A stretch of 62,440 nt of DNA, the filler included, from Gonapodya sp. JEL0774 (lineage: Eukaryota): the NCBI GenBank assembly GCA_027604505.1. It is 17 parts of 17 records of this genome, joined end to end, with 100 filler letters (N's around TTAATTAATTAA, not from the genome) between each part and the next. Parts side by side here need not be neighbours in the genome. Positions count along the whole stretch, not along the records: positions 36,871 to 40,446 come from JADIIX010001240.1; positions 40,547 to 44,119 come from JADIIX010001241.1; positions 44,220 to 47,787 come from JADIIX010001242.1; positions 47,888 to 51,455 come from JADIIX010001243.1; 13 more parts are not named here. One strand, written 5' to 3'. Below are positions 36,871 through 50,700 of the stretch, one piece after another. Position 1 is the first letter of the stretch. Each line of letters begins with the position of its first letter. Below the pieces are notes generated by a model. The model had not been told where the DNA came from. It saw only the letters and a program-made list of their open reading frames with translations, and did no database searches. Position numbers and translations under genes: made by a program.

Positions 36871-38873
36871 GGTTGGAAATCAGGACATACCTTGCCTATG
36901 CGCGAGTGGTCTGTGGATCGATCCAACAAAAAGTCGAGGATACCGACCGTATCCCGAATTTTCTATAAGTCATGTTCGCAGTTGTGACTGATGCAAAACC
37001 AACACCCGCGTCACGCCACCAGTCACTCACGATCAAGCCCCACGAGTTGCTCGCCACGGCCTTGATCACAGCGTACGAAGCGATCCGTGGCTCCTCAAAC
37101 GAAGATCGCGCAAGCGTCATCAGGTCTTTGAAGGCATTTGGACGACCACCCATGGATTCGAAGATGCGTTGGGTGAGTGACAACACTTCTGGTTGGGCGG
37201 CGGGCCTGTAGAGAGGTATGCTTCATGAGCAGGCCGAACATGCGCGAATTTCCCTCTATGCATGTGATTATAGAGACTTACGAGGCTCCGAGTAGTGTGG
37301 ATAGAGTTTGCAAGCAAAGAACACGGTCAGATCCGTTGGCCGAGCGGTAGAACGAGAGGAAGCTTTCAAGGAATGTCTTTTGGCGATCGAGAAGGAGAAG
37401 CCCCTGAACTGTTGAGCCAATATTCTCAGTGGCGACAATGACGGCTTCCTGTATAAGCAAGTTTGATCAATGCTTTGGCGACCCCCGATCGAGAATGTTT
37501 GGAATGATTCACACCTTCAGGGTTGTCGACCTCGTCTGGTTGAGAATGTTCTCAAGAGTCTCGAGGAGTTGGTATTTCGCAGCAAAGTCATTGACATCTG
37601 CTTCCTACGTTGAAAATTCCTTGAGCAACGGGTTCTTGTGGGTGCCGACAAAGTGTAACCCACCTCCACTGCAGCGACCTTTGCGAACATCTTGATGGTC
37701 GCCGTCTTCACCAAATTGGTTTGCACGTCATCATCCGCATTTTGTAAAATGGCTTCACACATATGGAAAATATTGGCTCTTTCGAGGAAGTCGAACCCCC
37801 CGTGGGACTGCAGCAGCTGTCAAATTACGTAGAAATGGGAGATTAGAGTCCACCTAAATTGTCTCCTTCACTGTGGCGCTCCGAGCGCCCAGACTCACTT
37901 TCCCAAAGAGGTCTATTGCATTCAGTTGAAGCATAATATCGGGCGACAACAGCTCCTCGCGAACAATGTTGAGCAACCCGGACTCTTCCGCTCTGGAAAG
38001 GGCGCTCGGAGAAGCGCTTACTATCCGGGAAACCAGGTCAGAGACACGAAATCGGATGATTTCGTCTCTAGTGCAAAAACATTGTGAGCATACCCATCTG
38101 CGAAAGAGATGACTACACAACCCCACCGTCCTGCAAGTTCCCTGAATTGAGACACGCAAGAATCGCCGAACATTATTTCCCTCCCACTCGACGATCGAGA
38201 AAACTGTGCTGAGCATCGGTCAGAGAGTTGGAATTGATTGTCGAAAGAACAGCCTATTCACCTCGACAAGAATATCGGACGCTTTTGTGACGACGTCCAG
38301 AGATGGAAAAGCGAGACATTCAATGGTACACTCGAGAATTGCATTGACCTATGTAATGTGGGTATTCGAAGACAAGTATTGGATTGAGAAAGGACTCAAC
38401 ATGAAAAGACAGGCTATCGTTACCACGCAAGCACCTGTTCAGCGCCCCCAGCGACAAGGCAGCGGCCTGTTTCAGTTAGAGCGAGAATCCTGACATCTGC
38501 AACGGGATATTGAAGTCCAGCGGTGATATAGCTCTGAAAATTGAGAACGCTGGGTGCATCAAATGATGCGAATAGCACCGAGAGGGTTCGAACCAAAGCC
38601 TTCAAGGCATCGGGAGGCAGAGTGAAGCGGAAAAGAGCGAAGAGAGATTGAATTGAGAGAGATTGAAGCACTGTTTGGGGTGGAACGGAGCGGCCTTCGA
38701 AGAGTCATTCGGTTTAGAATGAAACCGGCGAACAACATCATGTTCTCCATCTTTCACTATGCACCTGTAACAAGACTTAAATCGACCAACGCCGCAGAAA
38801 CAGACTCCACTGGAACACCATCTGCGTTTGCAAGTGTTTCGGCGATCGATTCAAAGCTGGAAGGAACCGTCAT
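36871..38873 (-). CDS. PSMD5: 26S proteasome assembly chaperone S5b/PSMD5-like (spliced, 3'-truncated)
   Basis: IRFRVSDLVSRIVSASPSALSRAEESGLL..VREELLSPDIMLQLNAIDL and ARSSFEEPRIASYAVIKAVASNSWG. ATG at 38873. Confidence 0.75.
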
Positions 38874-39003
38874 TGCAATATAAATAGGTGGGGCAAAGGG
38901 AACCTGTAAATTCTAAGGAGGTGGCGGTGGCTCGGCACAACACCTTCTGGATACAACCCCTCTTTCCCCTCGAGATTGAGGTGCCTTCACGAGGAGAAGA
39001 AAA

Positions 39004-40446
39004 ATGCCACGCCGTTCGAGATTTTTCTTCGCATCTATTGCTTTGGGCCTCTATCTGGCGTGTGCGAACGCGGAGCCCCTGTATACACCGTTCGTTCGTT
39101 CTGGAGCAATATTGACGTACCTCCCGGCCTGGGACACTGTGAGCGCAGTCTTCGTACTGAGAATCTGCTCGTGAATGTCGACTGAAGCCTGATTGATGTT
39201 ACAGATTCTTTTCGCCGGAGGTCGGACCTCGCAAAAATGTCCCACATCCAATTCTGTTTGCTCCGCATCGACCAGTCCCTTCTATACTCTCTCGCTTGCG
39301 ACGGGGAAGTTTAAAGAGGAGCGAGTCAACGTAACGACACCGGATCTCGCTTCCGCTGTAAATAACGGGTGGTTGTACTGTGGTGCGATTCCAACTCTTC
39401 AGCTTCCAACACGATATATACTCTCTCCATCTGACCTAACCAACCAATTTCATTTGCAGGTGCATCGGGAACTGATTTACTACCACAGACCGATTCAGTC
39501 TACTTCACGACCGTCCTGGGGGTCGCCAGGCTGCAGCTCAACTCCACCCTGAAAACAATAGGAAGTTTGCAAATCGCCACACAAACCAACATAACTGCTT
39601 CAACACGAAGCGGACAGAAGGTGAGCCTATTGAATCGTTTACTCGATCAGGGGAGTTTGATGAACCCACGGTTATAACACCACAAGACCTGGAATGGGTC
39701 TGTCTGTTCTGCACTTCAGTTTGAAGTGCGAGCCGGCCACGAAGAGCACTTTTGGGTTGCCGGTAAGAGTTTGACAATTTTTTGTCCTTGCAATGTCCTG
39801 ACAAACAACTGTTGTGTCTGTAGGTGGGTTCTCCGTTGCATCTCTGAATCTCCAAGTCGAACCCTTCCAGGCTTGGCTTTCCGCCCTGCCACCCGTTTCG
39901 AACATGTGGCACTTGTCGACTACCAATCCCAACTTGAACGTAAGTATAACCCGTGCAGTATTCTGTATTTATTACGCCGCGCTCCATGCTCTAAGCTATT
40001 GATGATTACCACTTTAGTTGCTTCCAACAGCAGCTGGTCCTGTTTATCCCGAAGACCCAGTCGGATTTACAACATCTGCTTCAACAGTGGTAAGCTTGCA
40101 CTGATTATATTTGTGCTCTTGAATATCCTCATTCTAACCCATGTTCTTTGCAGACGACGGAAGCCATTAGCAACTTTAATACGTACTACTTCTGTGAGTA
40201 CCATCGTTCTCTCAAAATCTCTTCCATAGATTTGCATTGGGATGCAATTTTTGCACCAACAGACAACGCCACGAGTCAGACCCAAATGCTCCACCTCTAT
40301 CTCCCTTTCAAGGCCACCTTCTCATACAACTGGACAGACGCGTCGAGCCTCATTGCAAATATCCCTCCGCGTGAATTCAACAGTATGACACAAGATGAGT
40401 TCGGTACTCGTATTTTCTTGTATGTGAGTTTTGAAGTTCGAGTCCG
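39004..40446 (+). CDS. Hypothetical secreted protein (multi-exon, 3'-truncated)
   Basis: Signal-peptide-like start MPRRSRFFFASIALGLYLACANA, followed by several GT-AG-bounded exons. Confidence 0.5.
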
Positions 40447-40546
40447 NNNNNNNNNNNNNNNNNNNNNNNNNNNNNNNNNNNNNNNNNNNNTTAATTAATT
40501 AANNNNNNNNNNNNNNNNNNNNNNNNNNNNNNNNNNNNNNNNNNNN

Positions 40547-40966
40547 GACACCCTTTCTCACCAGTGGCCAGTCGAAGTGGCTCCGATTCCAGCGGTGAAG
40601 TCAAGCAGCCTCTTGCCATCAACGGTGTTGATCCAGACACCTGATTCAGACAATCAAACACGCAAACGGCATGCAGTCAGCAGATTCAATCAAAATGTCA
40701 TGAAATTTTCGGGAAGGCACGGTCAATTTGATCCCCCGGACCAACTCACCACTCGCACTCTGAACCACATGGTCCGACATCCTCGCGAGACCACTGGTCA
40801 AGTGCTTGCTCGCGATCGCGGCCATTTCAGCTTCGGAAACCGGGCTCGACCAGTCGGCAACTTTCTCTGCCGTCAGCGATGCGACAGAGTATGAGACGCG
40901 GGATTGGCGGGCGAGCGACTTGTGCCCAAGAGCGAGAGGGAGCCGGGTTCGCAGGAGAGGGATCAT
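40547..40966 (-). CDS. Class III PLP-dependent aminotransferase, N-terminus with mitochondrial-type presequence
   Basis: Arg/Leu/Ser-rich leader, then VWINTVDGKRLLDFTAGIGATSTGH. Confidence 0.82.
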
Positions 40967-41873
40967 GGCGACGAGTATTGAAACGGAGGAATGCGGCTTG
41001 ATGGGAAACTTCAGGCTTTTCTTTGTAGTCTCGGTGAGGGCGGCCCGCGCTTTCACTTCTTGAACGGGTGTGGACCCCGCTCCTTCAAGGCAGACAGGAA
41101 CAACCTAATTCTGGATTCTTTGACATACCCCTGTGAGAGATTATGAAGAGTGGAAAAGTCTCTCGGGTGCTACTCGTGACTTTCCATTCTTGACTATGCT
41201 TTGGGTGGATGATCGGCCGCTGCGATGCCTATCATACACGCATTGGAGATGGATGGACTGACGGAATACATTACTATTTCATGAAGTTAGTTTATCGTTC
41301 ATTGCGGAGTCTGGGTACACGGTAACATGTGAACTTCATGTTTTGTAGGTCAATCCCGTTAGAGCAGAACTGAAGTGCCCGCGATTACCACAAGTTTGGA
41401 ACGGACGCCTCCGCTGGGCAGAGGAAGGGTGAAAACTGGCCTTTTCTGGACTTCAATTTGTTGGTTATCGCAGCGCAGCGACTGGGGGAGCTGTGGACGG
41501 TGCCCGATCCACTTGTGGGATACGCAGTAAGCGCAGCACGCGCAGCAGTGCGCAGTGAGCTGAGTGCGCAGTATTGGGGCGAGTAAACATTATATAAAGC
41601 GAGAAAACTACATTGTATTCGGAAGTGTACATCATTACATCTAAGTACCGAGGGAACCTCTGTCCCTGCCCCGTCCTGTCCATCCACCGACGTACCGAGA
41701 AGGACCACCGTGTGACGAGACTGTTTACCTCGGACTCTTTGGCAAAGGGAACGTGACGGACCGGCGGATACTCGGCATTATTGCCTCGTCCGACGTTGTG
41801 AGACTCGTAACGGAGAAATCCTCGCAGCGCGCCCAAGGGTGCCGAGGGTGGGAGTACGGAGGGCGAACTCCGT

Positions 41874-42602
41874 GTGGACAGCACCTGGACTCGACCGATC
41901 CAGATCCTGGCCATCTTGTGTAAATTTTCCTCGGCACGAAAGTTGTTCCGGCGTGGGCAACAAGGCTCATCATATCTCGACAGATTCTTGAACTTTTTGG
42001 AACTGTTCCTGTCGCTCGCCGAAGTCAATTGGAACCGAGGCGCACAGGGCTACTTGCATGACCTCTCCCACCTCCCCGACGAAGATGAGCAAAAGTACCG
42101 CCAAACCGCGATAAAATCGACCCATGAAACCCTCAGTAGTCGCTACGTGCTGATGGTGGACGACGAAAAGAAAATCTCGGCCGCTTTGCTCGCCTCGCGG
42201 CGTCTCCACCAGACCATGTTCCTTTGCGTGGCGATCCTCAGCGATGTCATTCCGCAAAGAAAAAGTGTGCATGGAATAGTCTGCTACGACCACGCAGAGG
42301 TCTTGTCCCATCTCCACAGTGCGCTAATGGGCATCCTGGCGGGCTTGGACGCCATGCAAACGTCCATGCACAAAACCGTCAGAAAAACGCTCGATTTCTC
42401 TCGCATGTGCGGCAACTCGGTCGACTGTCCCTTGGACGATCGGGCCGCGTTCGAGAGGGGGTTTCGAGACCCCAACGAGCGCTCGAGGGGGCTCAAACTC
42501 TGTAAAGGGTACCACAAGACGTGGTATTGCTCGTCCGAGTGCCAGAAGCAGCACTGGGCGATTCATAGAACCGTGTGCAAAGTATTTACAGTGCTGGTGT
42601 AG
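41874..42602 (+). CDS. MYND zinc-finger protein (last exon)
   Basis: CGNSVDC...LKLCKGYHKTWYCSSECQKQHWAIHRTVCK. Confidence 0.75.
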   Translation: MDSTWTRPIQILAILCKFSSARKLFRRGQQGSSYLDRFLNFLELFLSLAEVNWNRGAQGYLHDLSHLPDEDEQKYRQTAIKSTHETLSSRYVLMVDDEKKISAALLASRRLHQTMFLCVAILSDVIPQRKSVHGIVCYDHAEVLSHLHSALMGILAGLDAMQTSMHKTVRKTLDFSRMCGNSVDCPLDDRAAFERGFRDPNERSRGLKLCKGYHKTWYCSSECQKQHWAIHRTVCKVFTVLV

Positions 42603-44851
42603 AGACCGTCATGCCCTGCGAAACAATGGGTTATGGGGTGCTTGCTCTGATCTCCGAAACTTTAACGTGGAGAGAGTTGGACAGTTTTTGTTATCACAGC
42701 TAACGACACTCGCGACATGGAGAGAGTTGGACAGTATTACGCTGCGAATGTATCATGAAGTTAAACCGAAGCGTGAATCAATGGACGGAAAGCTACTCGC
42801 CTGTTGAGAGTGGGGACTGGCGAAAATGAAATAGACGTGAGTCGTCACATGTACAGTTGACATGCCATACACAATCGCCACACACGTTATGGACGCCGTA
42901 GTGAAACAGCGTGAGTGGGATTTTGGTTGCCCTGGTGGAGCGGTGGTCGTAAGTCGTAAGTCGTCACCATATGAGTTTTAAATCTTTCTATTGACACCGC
43001 TGCAGTACCACTCGAGTGGTTGCCGTCAGCATAGGACAAAGTGGGATATGTTTGATGCAGCACGTCCAACTCCGCGACTTCTTGAGTTGGAGCGTGTCTC
43101 GATCACTGAAGAATAGACCCATATTATCCACATTCGCCCGGATTTAAAATTACCCGCACTGGTACTGTGTGTCAACCTCGGTGCTCTCTCCTCGTTGTTA
43201 CTGCTTTTCCGGTTCCCAATCATGGCCAGCAACTTGTTGCGTGCTGTTGCAAACTTTGACTGAAGCTTTAATCTTCTCATACCCATCGCACGTGTAATCC
43301 AGATCTTCCACGGCACCACTTTTTGGCCGCTGGCAGAGTTGAGGTGATAAGCTTCCACTTTTCTCGAAACGGTCTCGCACTTCATTTCTTGTGCTAGTTG
43401 AGTGCTTTGATCGCGGTCTTCCTCCCCAGTGAGAGCACCGAACCCCAGCTCCATTTGAGGTTTGAGGTTGTCGCAGATGCTCATGTCTTAAGTTTTTTTT
43501 GGGGCATGTCAGTAATCATGCCACCATCAACATATTGTGAACACGCCCCCTGTCTGGTTACTGTTTCATCGGACGACGAACTTAAAAAATATGCGAAAAG
43601 TCTTGCAGCATGCACTGTCTGCGTCGTAAGGGCTGGTGCTGCTTGGGCGCAGGACTGTCGGAAAAGAGATGATTCGAAAAGAAAAACCTCCATTCTGCGA
43701 GTTCTTTGTATATTTTTTTTCTTATTGTTCATGGTTTGCGCAACATCTAGCTAGTCCAGAAGCTTGATCTGATATCCGACGTTTGTGCTAACACTTGCTG
43801 CCATTTTCCGCGCTCGACTGCGCATCATGAACCTCCTCGAAGATGGATTGTACATTGTAAGACGATGTCTATATGTACTCGAATGTTTTGTAACAAAGTT
43901 GAGGACACGTGGCCTTTACCTTACCCGGAGTGCCTGAGCTGGGAGGCTTTTGGGCTACATTCGTTCTAATCGAATGTGAACTTCAGAAATCAACCATCGC
44001 CATCTAAACACCCAGCTGACGCCCACGATGTCATCGTCCGCCGGAAGCGCTTTCGTGACGATGGTGACCTCAGACTGGTACACCGTGCCGGCGATTGTCC
44101 TGGCTTCAACTTTGCGACGNNNNNNNNNNNNNNNNNNNNNNNNNNNNNNNNNNNNNNNNNNNNTTAATTAATTAANNNNNNNNNNNNNNNNNNNNNNNNN
44201 NNNNNNNNNNNNNNNNNNNCAAGAGCACCCCCAGGAAGGGTTCGACTACGACAAATGCTTGAAGGCCTACCCCATCATTGTTGCAACTGTCATTACCGTT
44301 CTGTGGCTCGGTATTTTTGTTCGGGTAAGAGGGTTTCCGGTTTACCGATTCATTTTCAAACCAGAACGGCATCAAATCGGCCTACTTTCTACTTTTGTAG
44401 CTTCACTTCACCCTTGCTGTCCACTCCCTCTACAACCGCATGGCACGAGAGGAATCTTCGACGAGTGGGGTCATGTACCTTGCAGTTCCGTTCGACTACG
44501 ACCGGACTGAGTCTGGTGATGTTCAGGAAGAGACGCTCCCTAGTTACCCGGGCAACGTCGAACGTGAGAAGCAGCCATTGTTGCGTTCAGGATAAGGAAG
44601 AGCTGGTTGAGAACAAGGATGAAAATCGCGCTGTGCTAGTGTTGTTGTTTTAGTTTACTCCTGTAGCCGCGTTCGAAATGTATGCCTTACCTTTCACCGT
44701 TTTATGTAATAAGCAAGTCTAACTACTAGTGGAAGGACATTCTTATCTCGCCCACCGCAAGTAAGTCAGGAAAACGAGGAGAGTGCCCCAGGTGTTCGGA
44801 ATCAAGCGGCTAAATTCGCTGTGTCTCCCGAGAACCATCGTTCGCTTTAAT

Positions 44852-45741
44852 ATGTCGACCGAGATCTCCACATGGTCCATTCGCTCTTTCAAGGATGACC
44901 TTGCGAGCGCTCGCCTGGGCATTAACCTCTCGGGAGTGAAGTTGGAAAGCCTCCCCCAGGAACTCCAGGAAAGCGTGAAACGAATTCACCAGGAGTTTGA
45001 TCAGGAGGTGGATGCTGCCCGAGAGTGGTGCAAGGATGCGGCAGTTTTTTTGGGACTAAACGGGGTTGATGCGGAAATCGTTTCGTACGCTAAGGTGAGT
45101 GTTCCGAAACTTTGAAATGTTCCATCAGGAGGGTGCATGACAACTGACAAAGATCTCTCTAGGTGATGCACTACTATATCCGGAACTCTCGAACGTCGAG
45201 AGAACGTCGTGATCCCTCTGTCTCCTTCGTGAAAGTGAGTAAAGACCTCCGAAGTTTCAGTCGGATCAGAAACCTGACCCAACAACATCATACACAACTC
45301 TCACTTCATTACATAAAGCCCCTCCCCGTCCTTGGTCCAGAGTTCTTTGGTGGTCGCACGCTTCCTACTCCCCCCAAGACTCAAGTGGCCACCGCACCTC
45401 CCCGTCCTCAGTCCATCTTTGCAACTCTATCGCGGCACCCCGGCATGGATACTGTAGAAGGTGCCTCATGCATGATGGTTGACCCGGACCTCTACTACCA
45501 CCGACGCACGGCTGCTAACCTGTACAGTGACGAGTCTGAGGGTACCCGACCGGATGAGTCTTCGTCCGTGTTTTTACGCAAATGTCCGGAGGGGCACTCG
45601 CTTTCTCCAGTTACTCGGGACTCATATGGTGATTTACGGCGAGTGTATGGCCGGAGCGGCGGACCAGTTGTGATGGGAATCCGTCAGACGTGCGTAGACG
45701 AAGATTGTGCTTGGGAGTATCGTACACACAACATAAAGTAA
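44852..45741 (+). CDS. Hypothetical protein with C-terminal Cys/His cluster (spliced)
   Basis: ATG at 44852 and GT-AG introns. The C-terminus has CPEGH...CVDEDC. Confidence 0.5.
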
Positions 45742-46354
45742 GAATCTCTTTGCTTTTTGTGTTCTCCCTTGAGATCGTATTCACTTTCTTTTGGTAATCG
45801 CGCATCATTTTCTCGTTTCCCCCGGCTGGTCATTGCCTGCCCATCGGACAGGTCCAAGCTGAACAGTTTTTTGTGAAATCAAAGTGATACTATCACGAAT
45901 GCAACAACGAACACTAAACCCTAGACCACGTTAACAAACGAACATCAGATACGTATTAGATTATACTTGAATTGATGGGAGGGTGCCTCAAATTTCAAGA
46001 ACAAGCATTGCGCATTACATCGAAGAACAAAAGAATATGTGTCACGGATGACTTGGCTTGGCGTGATGTTAGAGGCGCGGTTCACAAGAAAGGCAAATGA
46101 ACAACCCCAAAAAGGAAACAGAGCGGTTCGATTGAAATACCGCCCTGTGCGGTTGCGCTCTCCTTCCGGATTCGCAAGGAATAAATCTGCAGTCGAATCT
46201 GGTTTTGTAAATATGCACAAGCAAGTACCGGAAAGTCTCCGCTTGCCCAGGCTGTGTATATATTTATCCTATAGCCGCGGAGGTGCAAAAAAGGTCCAGC
46301 CAGGCTCAATGGGGTTGTTCACCAGTTCGCCACACAACGCCCAGCCAGGGCCAA

Positions 46355-47787
46355 ATGCCATTCTTGCGCGTGATTTTCACAGGCGGATCGCACTTGATCA
46401 TCATACGCGATGGCATCCTTCCCATCTCGCTGTCTGAATTGGCTGTTTTCGTTCAGGAAAGGGTCCCGCCTCTTGCTGACCTCCCCCGTGAGACACTCGC
46501 TTTCACTCTCGTCGATGGCCCCAAACGCAGGCCACTGGAAACAAATCGAGATGTGGAGGACATGTGGGACGGCGGGAACGTCGGCTACGTGATGCTGGAG
46601 GTGGACCTGGTGAGGGTCGCAGGCCTCACCAAGATCACTTTTAGGCAGAAGCCGGGGGGTGGCGATACTAACACAGACCATTTTATCATTCAGCGTGGAC
46701 TCATCAGCACTCCCGAATCACTGTCACGGGTTCCTCCTTCCTCTCCCTCGAAAATCTCCCCGGCTCTTTCCCCCACCACCCTCCGAGGACACTACTCGCC
46801 GATAATATCGGAACAACCGGTCTCTCCCACAAACACTCTCGTATCTGCCGACGTGCGTGTAGCGTCACTAGACAGAGGATCTCCATTGCGCCCCCCTGTC
46901 TCACCAGCTGAGTTTGGATCATGGAACAGCAAAACCTCGGATCAGCGAGAGTCTCGATCCAGTTTGAACTGGTTTGGATTCCGGTCGCATGACGGTTTAA
47001 CAGAGCGCAGTCAATCGAGAAATAGTTCGAGAGAGCGTGACCTTTTTGCCGCGTTTCGTGGCGACTCCCTGCCTCGGTCAGATAGTGGTACCAGACTCGC
47101 GATCAGCTTGCCCTTTCCAAGAGGCGCTCCTGCAGCCGAGCCTCGGAACATCTCGATGCCTCCACACAACGTTCTTCGTAAGACGTCGCTCAATGGCCCC
47201 TTTGATATGTCCCACTTGCGCCCCAGTCAGGAATACTTGGAAACGGGCTATTCATCAGACACCACGGATCCACGGACGCTCCAACGTGGTCCATCGGTCA
47301 CTCGTGCGGTACATCGCTCTTCGAGTGACGATCTGAACCTGACGAAATCTCATAGTCGCCGCCCGAGCACAGCGACGGTCACCGATTTTGCGATATCCCG
47401 ACCCCCTTCCCGTTCCCGCTCTCGTTCCAGTATCCGCAGTGCTTTTCGGCGCGACGCCGTGTCGTTCATCCCGGATCCTGCGCAGATCCACATGATTGCT
47501 GGTGGATTGGATTACACATTTCCACTACACTGGAGGACGGAACTGACATCCTCGTGGAAGGACATCATGGGAACTTTGACGAATCCCGAGTGGGGAGAGC
47601 AAAGGGGTTGGACATACCGGCAGGTGCGTGGTGTCTTTGTTAGTGTGTTTGGACGACTTTGCCCATCCTTCGTTCTCCCATGTGTCGTCACTAGGCTGAT
47701 GTGGATGTAACGAACATGTGGATACGGTATTTACCTCTACACGGGAAGACACAACCAGCAAGTACCCTTTGCGATGTTGAGATTGTG
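46355..47787 (+). CDS. Hypothetical protein with PB1-like N-terminus and Ser/Arg/Pro-rich region, 3'-truncated
   Basis: Long ORF. LAFTLVDGPKRRPLETNRDVEDMW resembles a PB1 acidic motif. Confidence 0.55.
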
Positions 47788-50700
47788 NNNNNNNNNNNNN
47801 NNNNNNNNNNNNNNNNNNNNNNNNNNNNNNNTTAATTAATTAANNNNNNNNNNNNNNNNNNNNNNNNNNNNNNNNNNNNNNNNNNNNGATGTGGGTCGAA
47901 CGTGAGTCTGAGTCAGCCCAGAAAACGAACCAGCCAATATCCCTTTATATTTCACGCTCTGGGACAACTGAAAAGCGTGTCCGGAAGTAGGAACTGCTCC
48001 CAGATGTCCGCCCGGCGCCGCATTTGGTCTGTCTTTCGGATGTATCAAACGGTCGGGCCGATTGCCGTGGCAGGATCAGCTGCATTACCAGTCCATCTGG
48101 TCTATCGAGCATACTGTAGAAACGGTGGAATCCTGACGTGTCTGAAGTCCATTCATTCCTATCTGTTCCAGTTGCCGAGTCAGACTTGGGAACACCACGA
48201 CATGAACCCTGACCACTCCACGCCATACAAACACACACACACATATACGTAAACTCACATTCCTGTCGCGTGTTGTCCAGAACGCGAGATGCACTTTCGA
48301 TCGAACCACACAGTGCGGTGGTCGACATTGCCGGTGGAAAGTGGCTGGGTGCGACCAACCATGAGGGGCATACGAATGGTAATCTCCCTGTGAGAATCAC
48401 TCCAAGTTATGACATCGATCGCCGTTTCCCTCCACAGGCTCTGCGGGAGGGGAGGACGCAACAGATGGTGTGACTTCAGGATCGGTGGTCGCCAGTCGTG
48501 ACGTGGCGTCCCCACCCATCGCACGCAATCGTAGGAAAAGGCATTGGACGAGCCCGCAGTGGGCGAGAGAGAGGGAGGACGTGGGCCTGTCGGTTGAGAG
48601 CGGATTCACAACGGATTTTCGTCAGTCAGCGGTCCACATGAATTCGTGCCGTGGCCACAATGTCACTCGTCTTTGTACGACTTGGAGCCTCGCTTCAACT
48701 TTCACATATGTTCACCCGTCTCATCATGACCGTTTTCCAACTCGTTGAAGCGTTTGCGATCTAGCCTTTGGGCCCCCTGGAGTTCTCCGATCCTTTCCCC
48801 CTACTCTCGGCCCCGATTCCACTCTCCGAGTGTCGTCTACCGTTCCCACACTCCACTCGTGTGTCCATGTTCTGAGGCTTCGCCTACCACCTTGCCTTTC
48901 TCTCTCGACGCCAGGTTGAGTTTTTGCTACCGCAGTATCAGACCAATCCCCCTGGTGCGCGGTGTCTGGTGGCCAACTAGAGTGTCTGGGTTCCAAGCGT
49001 CCCTTGGCGAATCCGCCAATGTACCACTCTCGCAGCGTCTGTGGGGAGCATGCCAACTGCTGTGCACCTGACCGGGATAGCCATTCGCGGCTCGGACAAA
49101 AAAATGAAGTTCTCGTGGGACGGACGTAGGTGGTCATGCGGTGGGAGAAAGACGGCACAGAGACGAAAATCACAGTGTATTCTCTTTTATGCCCCGGCGG
49201 ATTCCACAAGATTTTTGCGAGACAAGCTCGGAAAATGAAGATACTTGATGTCCGAGCTTACTTTTCCTTTCTTGTTCCGTCACTGTACCCTGCATGTACT
49301 ATCCGTTCAGTGACGGACAAGAATCGGACAGTATGACGAATCCACATTACATACATCACTGTACCATAACGACATAATTCAGACTTGGCAGACATGTATG
49401 GGTACAGACGTGTTGCATTCATCGAGAATGCTGGAATTTGCGTGAAAGCACTGCATCCCTGCTGTCCAACACGTCGTAAAGCTTTCGTCCTCTGTCTGTC
49501 TTTCACATCGGATAGTTCACCAATCACACGGTCGCCGTGATATACGTGTGCTTCGTTTTCTTGGGTCGGCTCGACAGTATGTATTTCTGACGCAAACCGG
49601 CAGCTGTCCTCCCAATCGCTTCCGTTTTCATTACATCTACCAATAGTAAAACGGTACGACTCCTTAGTGGAAACCGAACCCTGCTCTGCTCCCGCATCTC
49701 CTTTTCGAAGCTCGAAGCTCGAAGCTCCAAGTGCATCCTCACTCCGACATCGCTATCCCTCCAGCAGGCCCTCCCGTCATCATCACCGTTCTGACACGTC
49801 TACACCAAACGGTAACCGAAATCAGGCGGACTGCGAAAAGGGGTGAAGCCTGCGCTCGGCCTGCTCAGCCTAGTCCATATCGGGCGTCTTGGAGTTGTAC
49901 GAGTATGGCCTTGGCCTCGCACCCATCACGCATCCCCTCACGGGTCTCAGGTACGTAAACATAAGCAATAATATGAAAACCACGTGGTCCAGGGTCCCGG
50001 CAGGTACCAGACGTGGTCGCATTGGTGGGTCAGGGGGCGCCGGTGGCGGGCCGTACTGGTGAGTGGTGACCGGTCCCCATTCATCGGTACCCGGTAGTCG
50101 GTGTGTGAAAGATGCAAAAGCAAAAGGCATGTACTGCGGTTACGTAGCTAGGTTTTATTGTAATCGAATCGCAATGTTCGGTGGAGTGTATGTGTGGGTC
50201 CCACCACATCGCCCCGGCCCAGTCCACCACCCCATCTTCTCTCCGAGACAAATAAATTCCTCCCGTTCCTCGATAAAAGCCCAATTCAGATCTGGTCCTT
50301 CTACATGCATAACATAATACGTGTTTCAACGCGTGTACCTTTTGTTCCGCCACAGGTCCATGTGCGGCGGTGCTTGTTGTCTTGGCGCGACCACACCTCT
50401 CGTGACCTGAGCCCGCCCATTCACACGGCATAAAACGTCTTCACTCGCGTTCATCTTCATCACCTGCATACTCGGATCTGTGATTCACTGATGGACACTC
50501 GACCGCTTCCGCCTGGTCCGTTTCTGCATTCCCTTCCCCCTTAACCAATTCCTTTCATCCCACTCATCTCCACCTTGTTCTTTCTTCCCTCCCACACACC
50601 CATCTCAGGTTGGATCTCTCAATACGATTCCGCCTCGGGTCGGTGAGTCTCCTCCTCTCCTGCTCATGGTCTAATTCCATCCATGGCACAACTCAGCACT

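Noticed and set aside
42668..42735. Direct repeat TGGAGAGAGTTGGACAGT (2 copies)
   Set aside because: Only two short copies in intergenic DNA, consistent with a local duplication. No array.
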